A stretch of 64,000 bases of DNA, taken from positions 11,428-75,427 of the IMG/VR virus record IMGVR_UViG_3300025133_009446, one strand, 5' to 3'. Positions 38,830 through 48,798 of the stretch are shown here, piece by piece. The notes below the pieces were generated by a model. The model saw only the letters and a list, made by a program, of their open reading frames with translations. It searched no databases and was not told where the DNA came from. The translations under genes were made by a program, and so were the position numbers. Source of the DNA: a virus. The stretch's first letter is position 1. Every line of letters begins with the position of its first letter.

Positions 38830-39785
38830 CCTTTGTAGATTTTTAATGCCCAAAAGGCAGGATTTTCTATCTCTTTTTGCAGATCTGTTAATAACGCAGC
38901 GTGCAGCAATTCTCTATATTGTTCAGGATTAGAATTTCTTTTATCCCCCAAATTATCTAAATATATTGGCTTTGTAATGTAGTCAAAGTGCAATTTATTA
39001 GAAGCCTCTCCGCATATTTTATATAATTCTACATCACAATCACTAAACAAGTCAACTATTTTATTTATTGCAAAATCTCCATATTGTCTATATCCGTGCA
39101 AAAGGTATAAATCAAGAGAAGCTGGACCTGGGAAAAGGTGCACTTGTATACAAGGCTCGTCCTTTTGATACATAAACTTCTTTAACTGCTTAAATGTACC
39201 TAAATCGTTTTTTATATGTTCAATCGCAGACTGAGACATGAGAAAGTTTATATTTGTTGGGATATCAAATATTGCATCACTATCTAGATTTGCCTGTTCG
39301 AAGCTTACATTAATATCCTTTTCCTTACCCCAGCTAATGTTGTCATGCCACTTAGGAGATTGATATATATCCAAGCCCTTATATGAAGTTATAATGCCAT
39401 TAGACCAATTCTGCAGTTTCTTGCAATACCCACCGGTACCGCAACCAATATCCAATATATTGACTTCTCCTAAATTTTTCTTTATATCACCCCAAGGCAA
39501 GTTCATCCAAAACATGTCACCCATAGCTCTGCTAGGTGATGGGGTACCCTTTATTTTGTTCCAAAAATTATTAAATTTTTCTTTTTCTAAAGTAAAGTCT
39601 GTGCTCAACAATTTATCTGTTAGCAATTTGTTGCTTATATGATTCCACAACAAATACAAAGTTTTTTCTGTTGAAGATAGTGAAGGACTATCTCCATTTA
39701 TAGAGTGAATGGATGTCGACATGTCATCCTGTAGTCCGACACTATAATTTTCAATTAAAAAATTAAAATTGTTATATTCTTTCAT
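38826..39785 (-). CDS. Class I SAM-dependent methyltransferase
   Basis: ILDIGCGTG, GLD, SQSAIEHI. Confidence 0.85.
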   Translation of the reverse strand: MKEYNNFNFLIENYSVGLQDDMSTSIHSINGDSPSLSSTEKTLYLLWNHISNKLLTDKLLSTDFTLEKEKFNNFWNKIKGTPSPSRAMGDMFWMNLPWGDIKKNLGEVNILDIGCGTGGYCKKLQNWSNGIITSYKGLDIYQSPKWHDNISWGKEKDINVSFEQANLDSDAIFDIPTNINFLMSQSAIEHIKNDLGTFKQLKKFMYQKDEPCIQVHLFPGPASLDLYLLHGYRQYGDFAINKIVDLFSDCDVELYKICGEASNKLHFDYITKPIYLDNLGDKRNSNPEQYRELLHAALLTDLQKEIENPAFWALKIYKG

Positions 39786-41406
39786 ATGATTGCTTACCTC
39801 TAATTTCTTGTGCTAACTCAAACTGTTTTTTAGCTTTAATCTTGTCAACATTAAGAGGGTTTTCTTTGTTATATACATGAAGCACCTCTGGAATAAATTT
39901 GGCGCGTTCTTGAGCCATTTCCAACAGTGGGAGCATTATGGCTTGATCATATGTCATCTCATAATAGTTTCCAGATGCATCTTTAAGATCTTCATGTTTG
40001 ATTTGCCTCCACAGCTTGTGCTTAAACGTTCTTAGGTGAGAGGCTCTCCACTGATCTTTTCTATAAGCATTGTCTCTAATCACCCTTTCTGGGTATTGTG
40101 AGGGTTCTGGACCTCTTAAGCCTTCTGGACTAAGTACATAACTCCCATATGTCATCAATGTGTCACCCACATACACATTACAAAGTTTAGTTAACGTTCT
40201 AGTAGACGCCAACCAATCATCACCATCCAACAAGATTATCACATCATCATCGTCGCAATTAGTCTGTTCGATCCCTAGCACGATATTGGCAAGAGCATAC
40301 TTCTTTTCACTATTCTCTATCAAAGAAAATCGCGCATCTCCTTCTATACTACGTTTAACTACTTCAACAGATTTATCTGTTGAAATGTCATCAATTAAGA
40401 CACAATCAAATTTCTCATATTTTTGTCTTTTAAGACTTCCTATGGTTTTAGATATCCACTCTTCACAGTTGTAAAATGGGATTATAAATTTAAATTTTGG
40501 AGGGTTGGGGTTTTCAACAGCTTCACAAACTGGTATATTTGTAGATTGCTGCGCCGTTTTTTCTATTTCATTCCAAAATCTTTTAGTACTCTTCCTTAGA
40601 TATTTTATGGCGCTATGTTTGTTGGTGAACCAATCTTCATCTTTATGTTGTACATGCTCATTCAATATCATCTCACAGTCCAACAATTTAGCTTCAATCG
40701 TCATTCTTGGACATGTATCATCAGCGCGGGGAAAGAAGATGATACCTTTTGATTTTGCCAATTTTTCTAGAAGATCAAAATGTTCAAGTCCCCAAACCAA
40801 TTCATAATTTAAATTATTCTCTACAGCATACTCTACAGCGTCTTCAACGCCCTTAACCCATGATTTAGAATTCAATATCAACCACGTATCTTCTTTGTTA
40901 GAAGTGTCCAAAGACTCTATATAATCCAAAGTTTTATCTGCAAAAACAGAACTTAAAACTCTATTATTATCATTTCTTAAAAAAGGATACTCTGATTGGT
41001 AGATCTCTAATTGTTTGTGAGACATCCACCATGTAATATCTGCATTATACAAAAACATAGAAATTAATTTTGCCATGGAGTGCGTAGAACAATCACATTC
41101 ACCTTCTTCTGACTTGTGTTTCCCTGGAGATCTAAACCGGCAATATTTATAATCATATTCTAATACGCTATAGTTTAAATTCTTAGTTGCGTACATTAGA
41201 CACTCAGCTGAAACTAGAGAAAAATTACCAAACACCCAAAATGCGTGTTTATATTCTTTCATAATAGATAACAACTTTGGATTAAATGAATTGAGCCTGG
41301 TGAACCCACAAGGAAAGAGAGAGCTTTTAATTATAGCTCGCGTTGTTAGCTCGGCACCGCCTTTATTATACTGTTCTCCGAAAAGATCAGATACAAATAT
41401 TATCAC
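39772..41406 (-). CDS. Bifunctional glycosyltransferase (GT-B N-half + GT2 C-half)
   Basis: GGAELT...KG...DTCPRMTIEAKL (GT-B); FIIPFYN...IDDISTD...LLDGDDWL...SHLRTF (GT2). Confidence 0.82.
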   Translation of the reverse strand: MIIFVSDLFGEQYNKGGAELTTRAIIKSSLFPCGFTRLNSFNPKLLSIMKEYKHAFWVFGNFSLVSAECLMYATKNLNYSVLEYDYKYCRFRSPGKHKSEEGECDCSTHSMAKLISMFLYNADITWWMSHKQLEIYQSEYPFLRNDNNRVLSSVFADKTLDYIESLDTSNKEDTWLILNSKSWVKGVEDAVEYAVENNLNYELVWGLEHFDLLEKLAKSKGIIFFPRADDTCPRMTIEAKLLDCEMILNEHVQHKDEDWFTNKHSAIKYLRKSTKRFWNEIEKTAQQSTNIPVCEAVENPNPPKFKFIIPFYNCEEWISKTIGSLKRQKYEKFDCVLIDDISTDKSVEVVKRSIEGDARFSLIENSEKKYALANIVLGIEQTNCDDDDVIILLDGDDWLASTRTLTKLCNVYVGDTLMTYGSYVLSPEGLRGPEPSQYPERVIRDNAYRKDQWRASHLRTFKHKLWRQIKHEDLKDASGNYYEMTYDQAIMLPLLEMAQERAKFIPEVLHVYNKENPLNVDKIKAKKQFELAQEIRGKQSYERI

Positions 41407-41408
41407 TT

Positions 41409-42692
41409 TTACTCACTCTTTTGTAATAATTCATCAAACATTGTATTTATCTCATCTTCAACAGATTCTTGAGAATCAAATATGTTTACAGAATCGATTG
41501 ATTCTACAAATTTGCTATATTGTTTCTTTTCAGAGAAATTCTCTAATACCCACGATTGCAAGTCCTTGGCTTGTTTTTTAAATCTGCCAAAATCTTTATA
41601 TACTTCGCGCAGTCTCATCTTATAGCTCCCTTGCTGCGGGTAGCACCACATTGAATCTTCCTCTAACACGCTTTTCCACACAGCCTCTTTCTGAATAGGC
41701 TTCAAATCGTATTCAACACGAACAAAGTGTGGCTTATTCTTAATTCTTCCTTTTTTGTCTTTTACAGGCATAGTAAGAAAATCTGTGTATCCACTCCATT
41801 CTGGAGCTATAACTGGTAATCCTGAATATGCAGCCTCAAAGTGCGGCAAGCCAAAACCCTCACCGTGACTTAAAGAAATAAAAGCCTTTATTTTAGGGTG
41901 CTTGTAAAGAGAATGCATTTCTTGTTCTTTCAAATCGCCATGTAATAAATAAATTTTACATTTTCTATCTTTATATTTTTCTAAAATTGTTTGCAAAGAA
42001 TTGGTTACTGACTTTCTGTCTAATACAGATCCTCCCTTCTTAAACGTCTTAACAACCAAACCAACTTCTGGATTGTCAAAAAACTCCTCAACAAACCACT
42101 TAACAGTGTTCGGCATATTTTTTCTTGGTCCCCACTGTGCCACGGTTAAAAAGTTAAAAGGAGTGTCAAGTTTAAAATCTAAATCAATCTTTTTATATTT
42201 TTTAACTGGGTAATGCACAACATCGATTGGAACAGAGTTTTGTAGAAGCAGCTTTTCTCCTGTTTCGTTATTTACTGCTTCATATGCTGTATTGTCAAAT
42301 ACATTTTTAGAATGGTTTGAAACCACAACCATTCTATCAACTTCATGAGTCTTCTGGATCCAATCAGGGGATACTCTGGTTGTCTCTATACCCGCAGTAA
42401 CTCCAATATTAACAGGAGCCATTTTTTGCCATTCATTTGGAATTGTCACTTGTATGCTAGCATCATAAGTACCATTTTTATGTTGATAGAGTGCTGTCTT
42501 CTTTATTAAAGCGTCTAACCATTGTCTTTCCTCATTATCTTCCCAAATCCAATTGGACTTTCCCCAAGTTACAGGCATTACATAAATATCATATCTATCT
42601 TCTACCGTTCTCAAAGAGCGTAAAACAAATCTAGCATGCTCCCCATATCCAGTTCTAGTTAATACCGGTCCTCTAACTATTATTTTTTTCAT
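41409..42692 (-). CDS. Glycosyltransferase, GT4
   Basis: TGYGEHAR, RKN, GEGFGLPHFEAAYSGLPVIA. Confidence 0.88.
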   Translation of the reverse strand: MKKIIVRGPVLTRTGYGEHARFVLRSLRTVEDRYDIYVMPVTWGKSNWIWEDNEERQWLDALIKKTALYQHKNGTYDASIQVTIPNEWQKMAPVNIGVTAGIETTRVSPDWIQKTHEVDRMVVVSNHSKNVFDNTAYEAVNNETGEKLLLQNSVPIDVVHYPVKKYKKIDLDFKLDTPFNFLTVAQWGPRKNMPNTVKWFVEEFFDNPEVGLVVKTFKKGGSVLDRKSVTNSLQTILEKYKDRKCKIYLLHGDLKEQEMHSLYKHPKIKAFISLSHGEGFGLPHFEAAYSGLPVIAPEWSGYTDFLTMPVKDKKGRIKNKPHFVRVEYDLKPIQKEAVWKSVLEEDSMWCYPQQGSYKMRLREVYKDFGRFKKQAKDLQSWVLENFSEKKQYSKFVESIDSVNIFDSQESVEDEINTMFDELLQKSE

Positions 42693-43978
42693 TTAAGCTC
42701 CTCTAAATGCCAGTTAGCATAGCCCCGGCGAGTCTCCCACGAACCCAATTCAGTATGAAGGTTTGTAAGTAGTTCATCCCATGTTTTTACATATTTTGCA
42801 AAATTATAGTTTTCAACTACGTGTTGTCTTCCTTTTGCGCCAAGCTGCTCTCTTTCTTCGGACTTCATTTCATATATTTTTATCAGCGCATTAATGAAAT
42901 CATCTTCATTAATTCTATCTTCTCTAATCCATGGAATTTCTTGTGAACCAATGATCGACTTTGAGGATGGTTCAATCCCAATACCAAACCAATTTTCTCC
43001 ATCTGTCACTTGCTCTTGCAAACCGCCTGTCATATTAACAACAATAGGCACCTCACATGATAGAGATTCCAGAGTAGATAAACCAAACCCTTCAGCATCT
43101 GATATATTGATCGTGCAGTCGACTGCGTTATAAAATCCAGCTAGCTGTTCTGGTGGCATTTTTTGAGTTGAAAACAGTACTTGTCCATCTTGTAGTTCCA
43201 AGTGTTCAACAATCTTAATAAGATCCTGTCCATGATGATCTTTGGGTTCTGTGTGCATTATTAACGTTGCTTTATCATGTCCAACCTTATCTAAAAATTT
43301 CTTAAACCAAAATAATAAACTACCACTTTGTTTACGTCTGGCGTTTCTATTGTTCCAAAAGCAAATAAATTTGTTTTGTATGTCGTCTTCTTCTAGATCT
43401 GGAAAGATGCTATACATCTCTTTTCTTGCATTAGACTTAGAATAGTTTGAATCATTTTTTAAATTTCGAAATATATCTGAATTTACAGCATGAGGCACGT
43501 ATTGACTCATAACATTTGGAGCGACAGTTTTTACAATATCATCAGTAACTTTAGAGATTGCAGCAATAAAATCATTTGACTCATAATATGCCTTATTATA
43601 TGTGGGGTAAGGATAGTTGTCCCATACATGATAATAAACCATCGGCATAAGAGGACGGATTTCATTTTCCATTTCCCACAACCACCCCCAAAAGCGAGGA
43701 TCTGTCATAAACCAAAGAATATCAGGCTTCTCATTACGAATCATAGATCTGACTATCTCTTGATTCCCATATCCTTCAACAGGAAATATTACCCAATCAT
43801 CTTTGTACTCTTCCGTTTTGATGGGCTTATTATGAGGGTGCTTAATAGCTCCACCTAAGCTAATTACCTTATATTTGCCGGTACGTAAAAGCCCCTCAAT
43901 AACATACCTAGTTTGAGTGCCCACACCAGATGGAGACAACGGCATGTCGCTTATTGTCATTATTTTAATTTTTTTCAA
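42689..43978 (-). CDS. Glycosyltransferase, GT4
   Basis: SGVG, NRNARRK, EGFGLSTLESLSCEVP; likely TTG start at 43978 after SD GGAG (ORF track starts at 44002). Confidence 0.88.
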   Translation of the reverse strand: MKKIKIMTISDMPLSPSGVGTQTRYVIEGLLRTGKYKVISLGGAIKHPHNKPIKTEEYKDDWVIFPVEGYGNQEIVRSMIRNEKPDILWFMTDPRFWGWLWEMENEIRPLMPMVYYHVWDNYPYPTYNKAYYESNDFIAAISKVTDDIVKTVAPNVMSQYVPHAVNSDIFRNLKNDSNYSKSNARKEMYSIFPDLEEDDIQNKFICFWNNRNARRKQSGSLLFWFKKFLDKVGHDKATLIMHTEPKDHHGQDLIKIVEHLELQDGQVLFSTQKMPPEQLAGFYNAVDCTINISDAEGFGLSTLESLSCEVPIVVNMTGGLQEQVTDGENWFGIGIEPSSKSIIGSQEIPWIREDRINEDDFINALIKIYEMKSEEREQLGAKGRQHVVENYNFAKYVKTWDELLTNLHTELGSWETRRGYANWHLEELK

Positions 43979-43992
43979 TGTACTTCTCCAAT

Positions 43993-44772
43993 TTATGGAC
44001 AATGTTTTGTTTTGTAAAATTCACAACCATAGCCTCTCGTACAAGAGAGCTTGTTCTTAATAAAGTTTTTACTTTTTATATTATACAAAGCTTTGTATAA
44101 TAAATTAAGGGCATTTTTAATCTTTTTATTGCCACTAGTGACTCTAAAAATTTCAATATTGTTCTTTTTTGCCGTTCTCTTTAATAGGGCAAAATGAGTT
44201 TCAACAGTACTAGGATCTAAATTGTGTTTCTTGCAGAAAAAATGCTTATAAAAAGTTAACTGGTAGGTTGTCATCCTTTCGGCTTTTCTTCTAGAATCCC
44301 AACCCCACGAACATGTCTTCCAATCTATAACGTGATATTTACCATCAGGAGTTTGTACAACCAAGTCCACAAAACCTTTAAATTGATATTCAGATTCATT
44401 TTCTATGGGCTCATACAACTGCTCTTCTACGGAATAAACCTTATATGAACCAAAGTAGTCCTTAAGGGCTGGTAGTACATAATCAATTAATATACCGCCT
44501 TGATCCTTCATCTTCTTAATCAAGTCGATATTTAGAGCATTTTCATCTGGCAATTTCTTAAGATTATCTCTAAACTCAGTTAAAAAATATATTTTTGCTT
44601 TCTCTTGAAATTTGGCTTCTGTAACCAGCCTTTCACACGTACTGTGCATGGCGGTGCCAAAAGCAGTATATTCATTACCTTCAAAGCTTGTTACATTGTC
44701 TATATATGCTAATTTATGCTTCCAGGCACACTCATTCCATATTTTAAGCTCTGAAAACGAAACATGACTCAT
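43993..44772 (-). CDS. PD-(D/E)XK nuclease, Cas4/RecB/AddB-like
   Basis: SFSEL...C, FGTAMH, VE, KGFVDLV, VIDWKT, QLTFY, and three C-terminal Cys (C..C..CP) suggesting an Fe-S staple. Confidence 0.88.
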   Translation of the reverse strand: MSHVSFSELKIWNECAWKHKLAYIDNVTSFEGNEYTAFGTAMHSTCERLVTEAKFQEKAKIYFLTEFRDNLKKLPDENALNIDLIKKMKDQGGILIDYVLPALKDYFGSYKVYSVEEQLYEPIENESEYQFKGFVDLVVQTPDGKYHVIDWKTCSWGWDSRRKAERMTTYQLTFYKHFFCKKHNLDPSTVETHFALLKRTAKKNNIEIFRVTSGNKKIKNALNLLYKALYNIKSKNFIKNKLSCTRGYGCEFYKTKHCP

Positions 44773-45218
44773 TATCCACCTTCTTGTGTATTAGTATTCT
44801 TTGGATCCAGTGTAACTGTTGTTTTTTCATTTGTCAATGTTTTTTTTGCGCTGGTGCGTGTGCGGGTTGCTACAGTTTTTCTAGTGGCTTTTCTAGTGGT
44901 TTTTCTAGTGGTTTTTCTAGGAGCATTTACAGTGCGAGTTGTATTTTCATTGTGTCCTTTGGTTGTCCACACCCACTGCCCTGTTTGACTATTCGGTTGG
45001 TGGCTATTAACCTTGGAAGTGCCTGATATTAATCGTTCAGCTTCAATACCTGCACCTAAAAGCACCCTTCTGACTGTTGATGCATCAATTTCTATTCGCT
45101 TGCTAGCGCTTTTAGCTCCATCATTATATTTAATATTAGCAGTAACCGTTACCGTGCCAGCTTTTTTATCCACTGTCCATTTTAAATAACTATCATATTT
45201 TCCTTGTTTATAGCTCAT
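44772..45218 (-). CDS. Basic hypothetical protein with a histone-like RKTT tail
   Basis: 148 aa; PRKTTRKTTRKATRKT. Confidence 0.65.
   Translation of the reverse strand: MSYKQGKYDSYLKWTVDKKAGTVTVTANIKYNDGAKSASKRIEIDASTVRRVLLGAGIEAERLISGTSKVNSHQPNSQTGQWVWTTKGHNENTTRTVNAPRKTTRKTTRKATRKTVATRTRTSAKKTLTNEKTTVTLDPKNTNTQEGG
44875..44920. repeat. 12-bp coding tandem repeat (~4 copies)
   Basis: ttttctagtgg(c/t) repeated, encoding RKTT/RKAT. Confidence 0.8.
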
Positions 45219-45892
45219 GTAAGATCTCCTATATTTTCTAATTTATTATATACCGTGGGACTTAGCTTTTTCACTAATTGTCTGTTATATAAGTAGTAAT
45301 GTTCAAAGCAATTAGCAAAATACTCTCGCAAGCTAGTGGCGCCATATGGAGACACAAACAAACCAGAAGTAAAGCTTTGTAATATATTATACCCAATTTC
45401 ACGATACAACAGCTCATCAAACTTTTCTGAATATTCAGTATTATAAAAGTCTGTCAAATTTACTTTATACCCTTCATAATCTAATATTTGATATAGTCTT
45501 TTTCTTTTCCCAAGAAATTCCAACTCTATAACGTTATCTCCATATAGATCTTCTCCATATATTTCTTCGGCTGAATGAGCGATTTCATGTACAATATCAT
45601 TAACCATGTCATTCGCGTCATCTTGCGCGTTTGAAACATAAATTGCGCCATCTTTATAGGCAGCGTTGGTTTGATTTTGAACAAATATATCAAAATGTCC
45701 GACATATATCGCATCTATTAAATAAAAGAAGTGCTTCGGTACCGTTTCTTCAATTTTTTTCAGCACTACTTCTATATCAACAGTTTCCGGAAGATCGTCC
45801 TTAAGAAAAACTAATATGTTGTTAAATAAAAATTTTTCTTTCCTTTCTCTTAAAGCTTTAATAGCAGATTTTTTAATATAATCTATTCTCAT
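45215..45892 (-). CDS. Zincin-like metallopeptidase (lethal-factor/ATLF-like)
   Basis: VHEIAHS plus YGATSLREYFA. Confidence 0.7.
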   Translation of the reverse strand: MRIDYIKKSAIKALRERKEKFLFNNILVFLKDDLPETVDIEVVLKKIEETVPKHFFYLIDAIYVGHFDIFVQNQTNAAYKDGAIYVSNAQDDANDMVNDIVHEIAHSAEEIYGEDLYGDNVIELEFLGKRKRLYQILDYEGYKVNLTDFYNTEYSEKFDELLYREIGYNILQSFTSGLFVSPYGATSLREYFANCFEHYYLYNRQLVKKLSPTVYNKLENIGDLT

Positions 45893-46205
45893 TGTTTATT
45901 TGTAACGTTATTCCTCTTTCATCTAATTGCTTTTGCAAATTTTCCTGCCACTCTTTTTGCGCAATTTCCGCATCATTTAACCCCTGCTTGTAGCCTCTAA
46001 TAAAATTTTCTTCAGCAACAGGCAATAAGAATTCTGGAAATTCCTTAGCCATAACTTGAATTACCATTTCAACATTCACTTCATCATCTTCAGGTTGCAA
46101 TTTTTCTCCCACATAATTAACCAACCACTTCTTCATCTCATTATCTAAACCAATTGGCTGTAAAATATCTGGTTTAAAATCTTCCTCTTTCAACGTATCA
46201 GTCAT
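45873..46205 (-). CDS. Hypothetical protein
   Basis: 110 aa; SD AGGAG. Confidence 0.75.
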   Translation of the reverse strand: MTDTLKEEDFKPDILQPIGLDNEMKKWLVNYVGEKLQPEDDEVNVEMVIQVMAKEFPEFLLPVAEENFIRGYKQGLNDAEIAQKEWQENLQKQLDERGITLQINNENRLY

Positions 46206-46248
46206 AACATTCTCCTGTTTTATATACTAAATTAGTTTCATTTTTAAT

Positions 46249-47574
46249 TTAAAGTATTTTTGCTGCTAACGTAGCTACTTTAGATCTTTCACCCTTAGTT
46301 AAGGTGATATGTCCTGCTAACTCATAATATTTAAATTTTTCAATTGCATAAGTTAGTCCATTAGAGGTTTCGTCAACATATGCATTATCGATTTGCTCGA
46401 CGTCGCCTGTTAATATAATTTTAGTATTTTCCCCCACTCTCGTAATGATTGTTTTAAGTTCATGAGCAGACAAATTTTGTGCCTCATCAATGATTATATA
46501 AGAATCTGCAAGAGAACGCCCCCTTATATAAGTTAAAGCTTCAATTTCGATCGTACCGTTCTCTGTATACATTTTAAGTGTTTCTTTATCATTCCCCATT
46601 AGAAATCGTAAATTGTCTTGTATTGGCATCAACCATGGGCTCATTTTTTCTTCCATGGAACCAGGCAAATAACCAATATCTTTACCCATAGGCTGAATAG
46701 GTCTGGAAACTACCAATCTTTTATATCTAGCTGCTGTCGTCTCTTCAACAACTTGTTCTAATCCGGCAGCTATAGCCATTAATGTTTTGCCGCTCCCAGC
46801 TTTTCCAACCAACGTCACCACATGCACATTGGGATCCATCAACAAATCTAATGCAAATGTCTGCTCTTTATTTCTTGCTCTAATTCCCCATATTTTTTTC
46901 TTAGAATTGATTCCATTCACTCTTTGTAATGGAGATGTATAATTTATAAATCTTGCCAGCGCAGTTTTTTTATCATTAGAGTTTGACACCAACATCATAT
47001 ATTGATTAGGAAATAATTTAATATCCTCCTTTTCTAAGAAAATATCTTCCCCACTATAAAATTGATCAATTGTTTGATCATCTACCAAGTGAGTTACGTA
47101 TCCATCATATATATGAGTTGTGTCCTTTACAACTTGATTGGTTATATAATCCTCGGTTAAGAGTCCCAAAGCATCACACTTAACGCGCATGTTGATGTCG
47201 CGTGAAACTACAATTACCTTTCTATTTAAACTTAATCTTTTTTCCGCCATGGCGACACCAATGATTTCATTATCTGGTATTTTATAATCAATATCTTCAG
47301 GTAAATTTGCAAACTTAAAATTTTTAACTGTTATTAAACCTTTACCTTTATCTATTCTCACTCCTTTGAATAAACTTCCTTTTTCTCTGAGAGAGTCTAA
47401 TTTACGAATAACATTTCTAGCATTAGATCCAACACTATCTTGTCTTTTTTTATGATTGTCTACTTCCTCTAAAACTTTAAATGGAATTACAATATCGTTA
47501 TTTCCATATGAGGTTAAAGAGTTCGCGTCAGTTAGATATACGCTGGTGTCGAGAACATATATTTTTTTAGCCAT
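46249..47574 (-). CDS. phoH: PIN-domain PhoH-family ATPase
   Basis: YVLDTSV...VLEEVD...DNEI...SRDINMRVK (PIN); GKAGSGKT, IGYLPG, YIRGRS, IIDEAQN, GDVEQID (PhoH). Confidence 0.92.
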   Translation of the reverse strand: MAKKIYVLDTSVYLTDANSLTSYGNNDIVIPFKVLEEVDNHKKRQDSVGSNARNVIRKLDSLREKGSLFKGVRIDKGKGLITVKNFKFANLPEDIDYKIPDNEIIGVAMAEKRLSLNRKVIVVSRDINMRVKCDALGLLTEDYITNQVVKDTTHIYDGYVTHLVDDQTIDQFYSGEDIFLEKEDIKLFPNQYMMLVSNSNDKKTALARFINYTSPLQRVNGINSKKKIWGIRARNKEQTFALDLLMDPNVHVVTLVGKAGSGKTLMAIAAGLEQVVEETTAARYKRLVVSRPIQPMGKDIGYLPGSMEEKMSPWLMPIQDNLRFLMGNDKETLKMYTENGTIEIEALTYIRGRSLADSYIIIDEAQNLSAHELKTIITRVGENTKIILTGDVEQIDNAYVDETSNGLTYAIEKFKYYELAGHITLTKGERSKVATLAAKIL

Positions 47575-47603
47575 GTATTTCCCTTTGCGCAGGAATATTA
47601 TTA

Positions 47604-47610
47604 TAAATAG
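47604..47610 (-). promoter_or_regulatory. CTATTTA putative phage (late) promoter motif upstream of phoH
   Basis: One of about 10 CTAnTTA copies lying 0-32 nt before start codons. Confidence 0.55.
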
Positions 47611-47657
47611 ATAGATATTTCGAAATTCACCAGTATTGGGGGATCTGTTTTAAAACC

Positions 47658-47691
47658 GAACAGCTGCTTTTAAGCTGTTCTATACTAGTTA
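47658..47691 (+). promoter_or_regulatory. 8-bp inverted repeat followed by the CTAGTTA motif, upstream of the protease gene
   Basis: gaacagct-N7-agctgttc (47658-47680), ctagtta (47685-47691), then SD aggagg and ATG 47710. Confidence 0.5.
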
Positions 47692-47709
47692 TTTTAGGAG
47701 GCGCATCGC

Positions 47710-48447
47710 ATGAAATACAAAAAAACAATGTTTCTATTAATAATTTTCATTTTTTCTCACATCAGCAGCTGTAGTAATCCTCCTTTTTCTCACCATGTTA
47801 GTCGCCATGATGAATATATGCAAAGCAATCTCCCAAGAGAAGCTTTTATAAAAATAAAATCTAAAATCACAATTAAAAATTGTGTAGCTGGAATATGCTC
47901 TAGACGTACATTGTCATATGCAGGATCTGGTTTTATTGTTGGTGTTGGAGAAAGAGGATCCTTTGTCATGACTGCTGCACATGTATGCAGAGATCGTGAT
48001 GAGGACGCTAACAGACTTTTAGAACATAAAATAGTCGATCTAGATGGTAACGAACATGTTGGAATAACACTGGCTTATGATATCCAAGCCGATATTTGCC
48101 TTATGTATGCAACTGGATTGACAAACAAAAGGGCATTAACAGTTTCCCCAAATGAACCAAAACCTGGAGATAGATTATATAATCTAGCAGCGCCTGCAGG
48201 TATATTTGATATCAATATGATGCCAATATTAGAAGGTTTTTACAATGGAGTTAGTAGCGGTGCAGCTGTATATAGCATTCCTGCTGCTGGTGGAAGTTCT
48301 GGATCTCCAGTATTAAACAGTCACATGCAAATAGTAGGATTGATCCACTCTGTACATGTAGCTTTTCCCATGATTACAATTGGACCAACTTATGAAGAAA
48401 TAAAGCACTTCATTGAAACTAATGTAGAAAAATATTCAAATTTATAG
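47710..48447 (+). CDS. Trypsin-like serine protease, probable lipoprotein or exported protein
   Basis: Signal peptide ending ISSC; GSGF, TAAHVC, D(ICL), GGSSGSPV; strong SD; the only credible plus-strand gene. Confidence 0.88.
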   Translation: MKYKKTMFLLIIFIFSHISSCSNPPFSHHVSRHDEYMQSNLPREAFIKIKSKITIKNCVAGICSRRTLSYAGSGFIVGVGERGSFVMTAAHVCRDRDEDANRLLEHKIVDLDGNEHVGITLAYDIQADICLMYATGLTNKRALTVSPNEPKPGDRLYNLAAPAGIFDINMMPILEGFYNGVSSGAAVYSIPAAGGSSGSPVLNSHMQIVGLIHSVHVAFPMITIGPTYEEIKHFIETNVEKYSNL

Positions 48448-48798
48448 CTACTTTTCCCAAATAATTGATCCCAATGTGTTTTTCACTGCAGTTAACCTAT
48501 CATAAAATTGCATGCCTTGTATCTCGTCATACAACACATAACTTTGAAATTCATCTCTATCATAATTCGAAAAGATGTTATACAACATGTGAGATAATTG
48601 ATCGTCAAAATGTATACGTTTAGTTGGAAATTTCATCATGTCCTCGCATGTAAAAGACAAATTCTGATTTTCATAAAAGGAAACATCAACATAATCTCCT
48701 TTATTATTCATACTAGGCACCTTATAGCACATTACAATACTGAACGTTTGAGGGTTACATACATAACGTACCTCATCTGCATATAATTTAGTATTCAT
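48448..48798 (-). CDS. Hypothetical protein
   Basis: 116 aa; start overlaps the upstream stop. Confidence 0.65.
   Translation of the reverse strand: MNTKLYADEVRYVCNPQTFSIVMCYKVPSMNNKGDYVDVSFYENQNLSFTCEDMMKFPTKRIHFDDQLSHMLYNIFSNYDRDEFQSYVLYDEIQGMQFYDRLTAVKNTLGSIIWEK

Noticed and set aside
23920-43978. Bacterial O-antigen/capsule locus or eukaryotic giant-virus origin
   Set aside because: No wzx/wzy/ABC export or initiating transferase genes; the island is contiguous and co-oriented with gp6/gp25 baseplate and gp55-like genes, with SD sites and a tmRNA, which indicates a tailed bacteriophage
43993-44772. CRISPR-Cas locus suggested by the Cas4-like gene
   Set aside because: No repeat-spacer array or other cas genes were seen; solo Cas4-like nucleases are common in phages
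46228-46235. Another copy of the CTAnTTA motif
   Set aside because: It reads CTAATTTA, which does not fit the 7-bp pattern, so it was not counted
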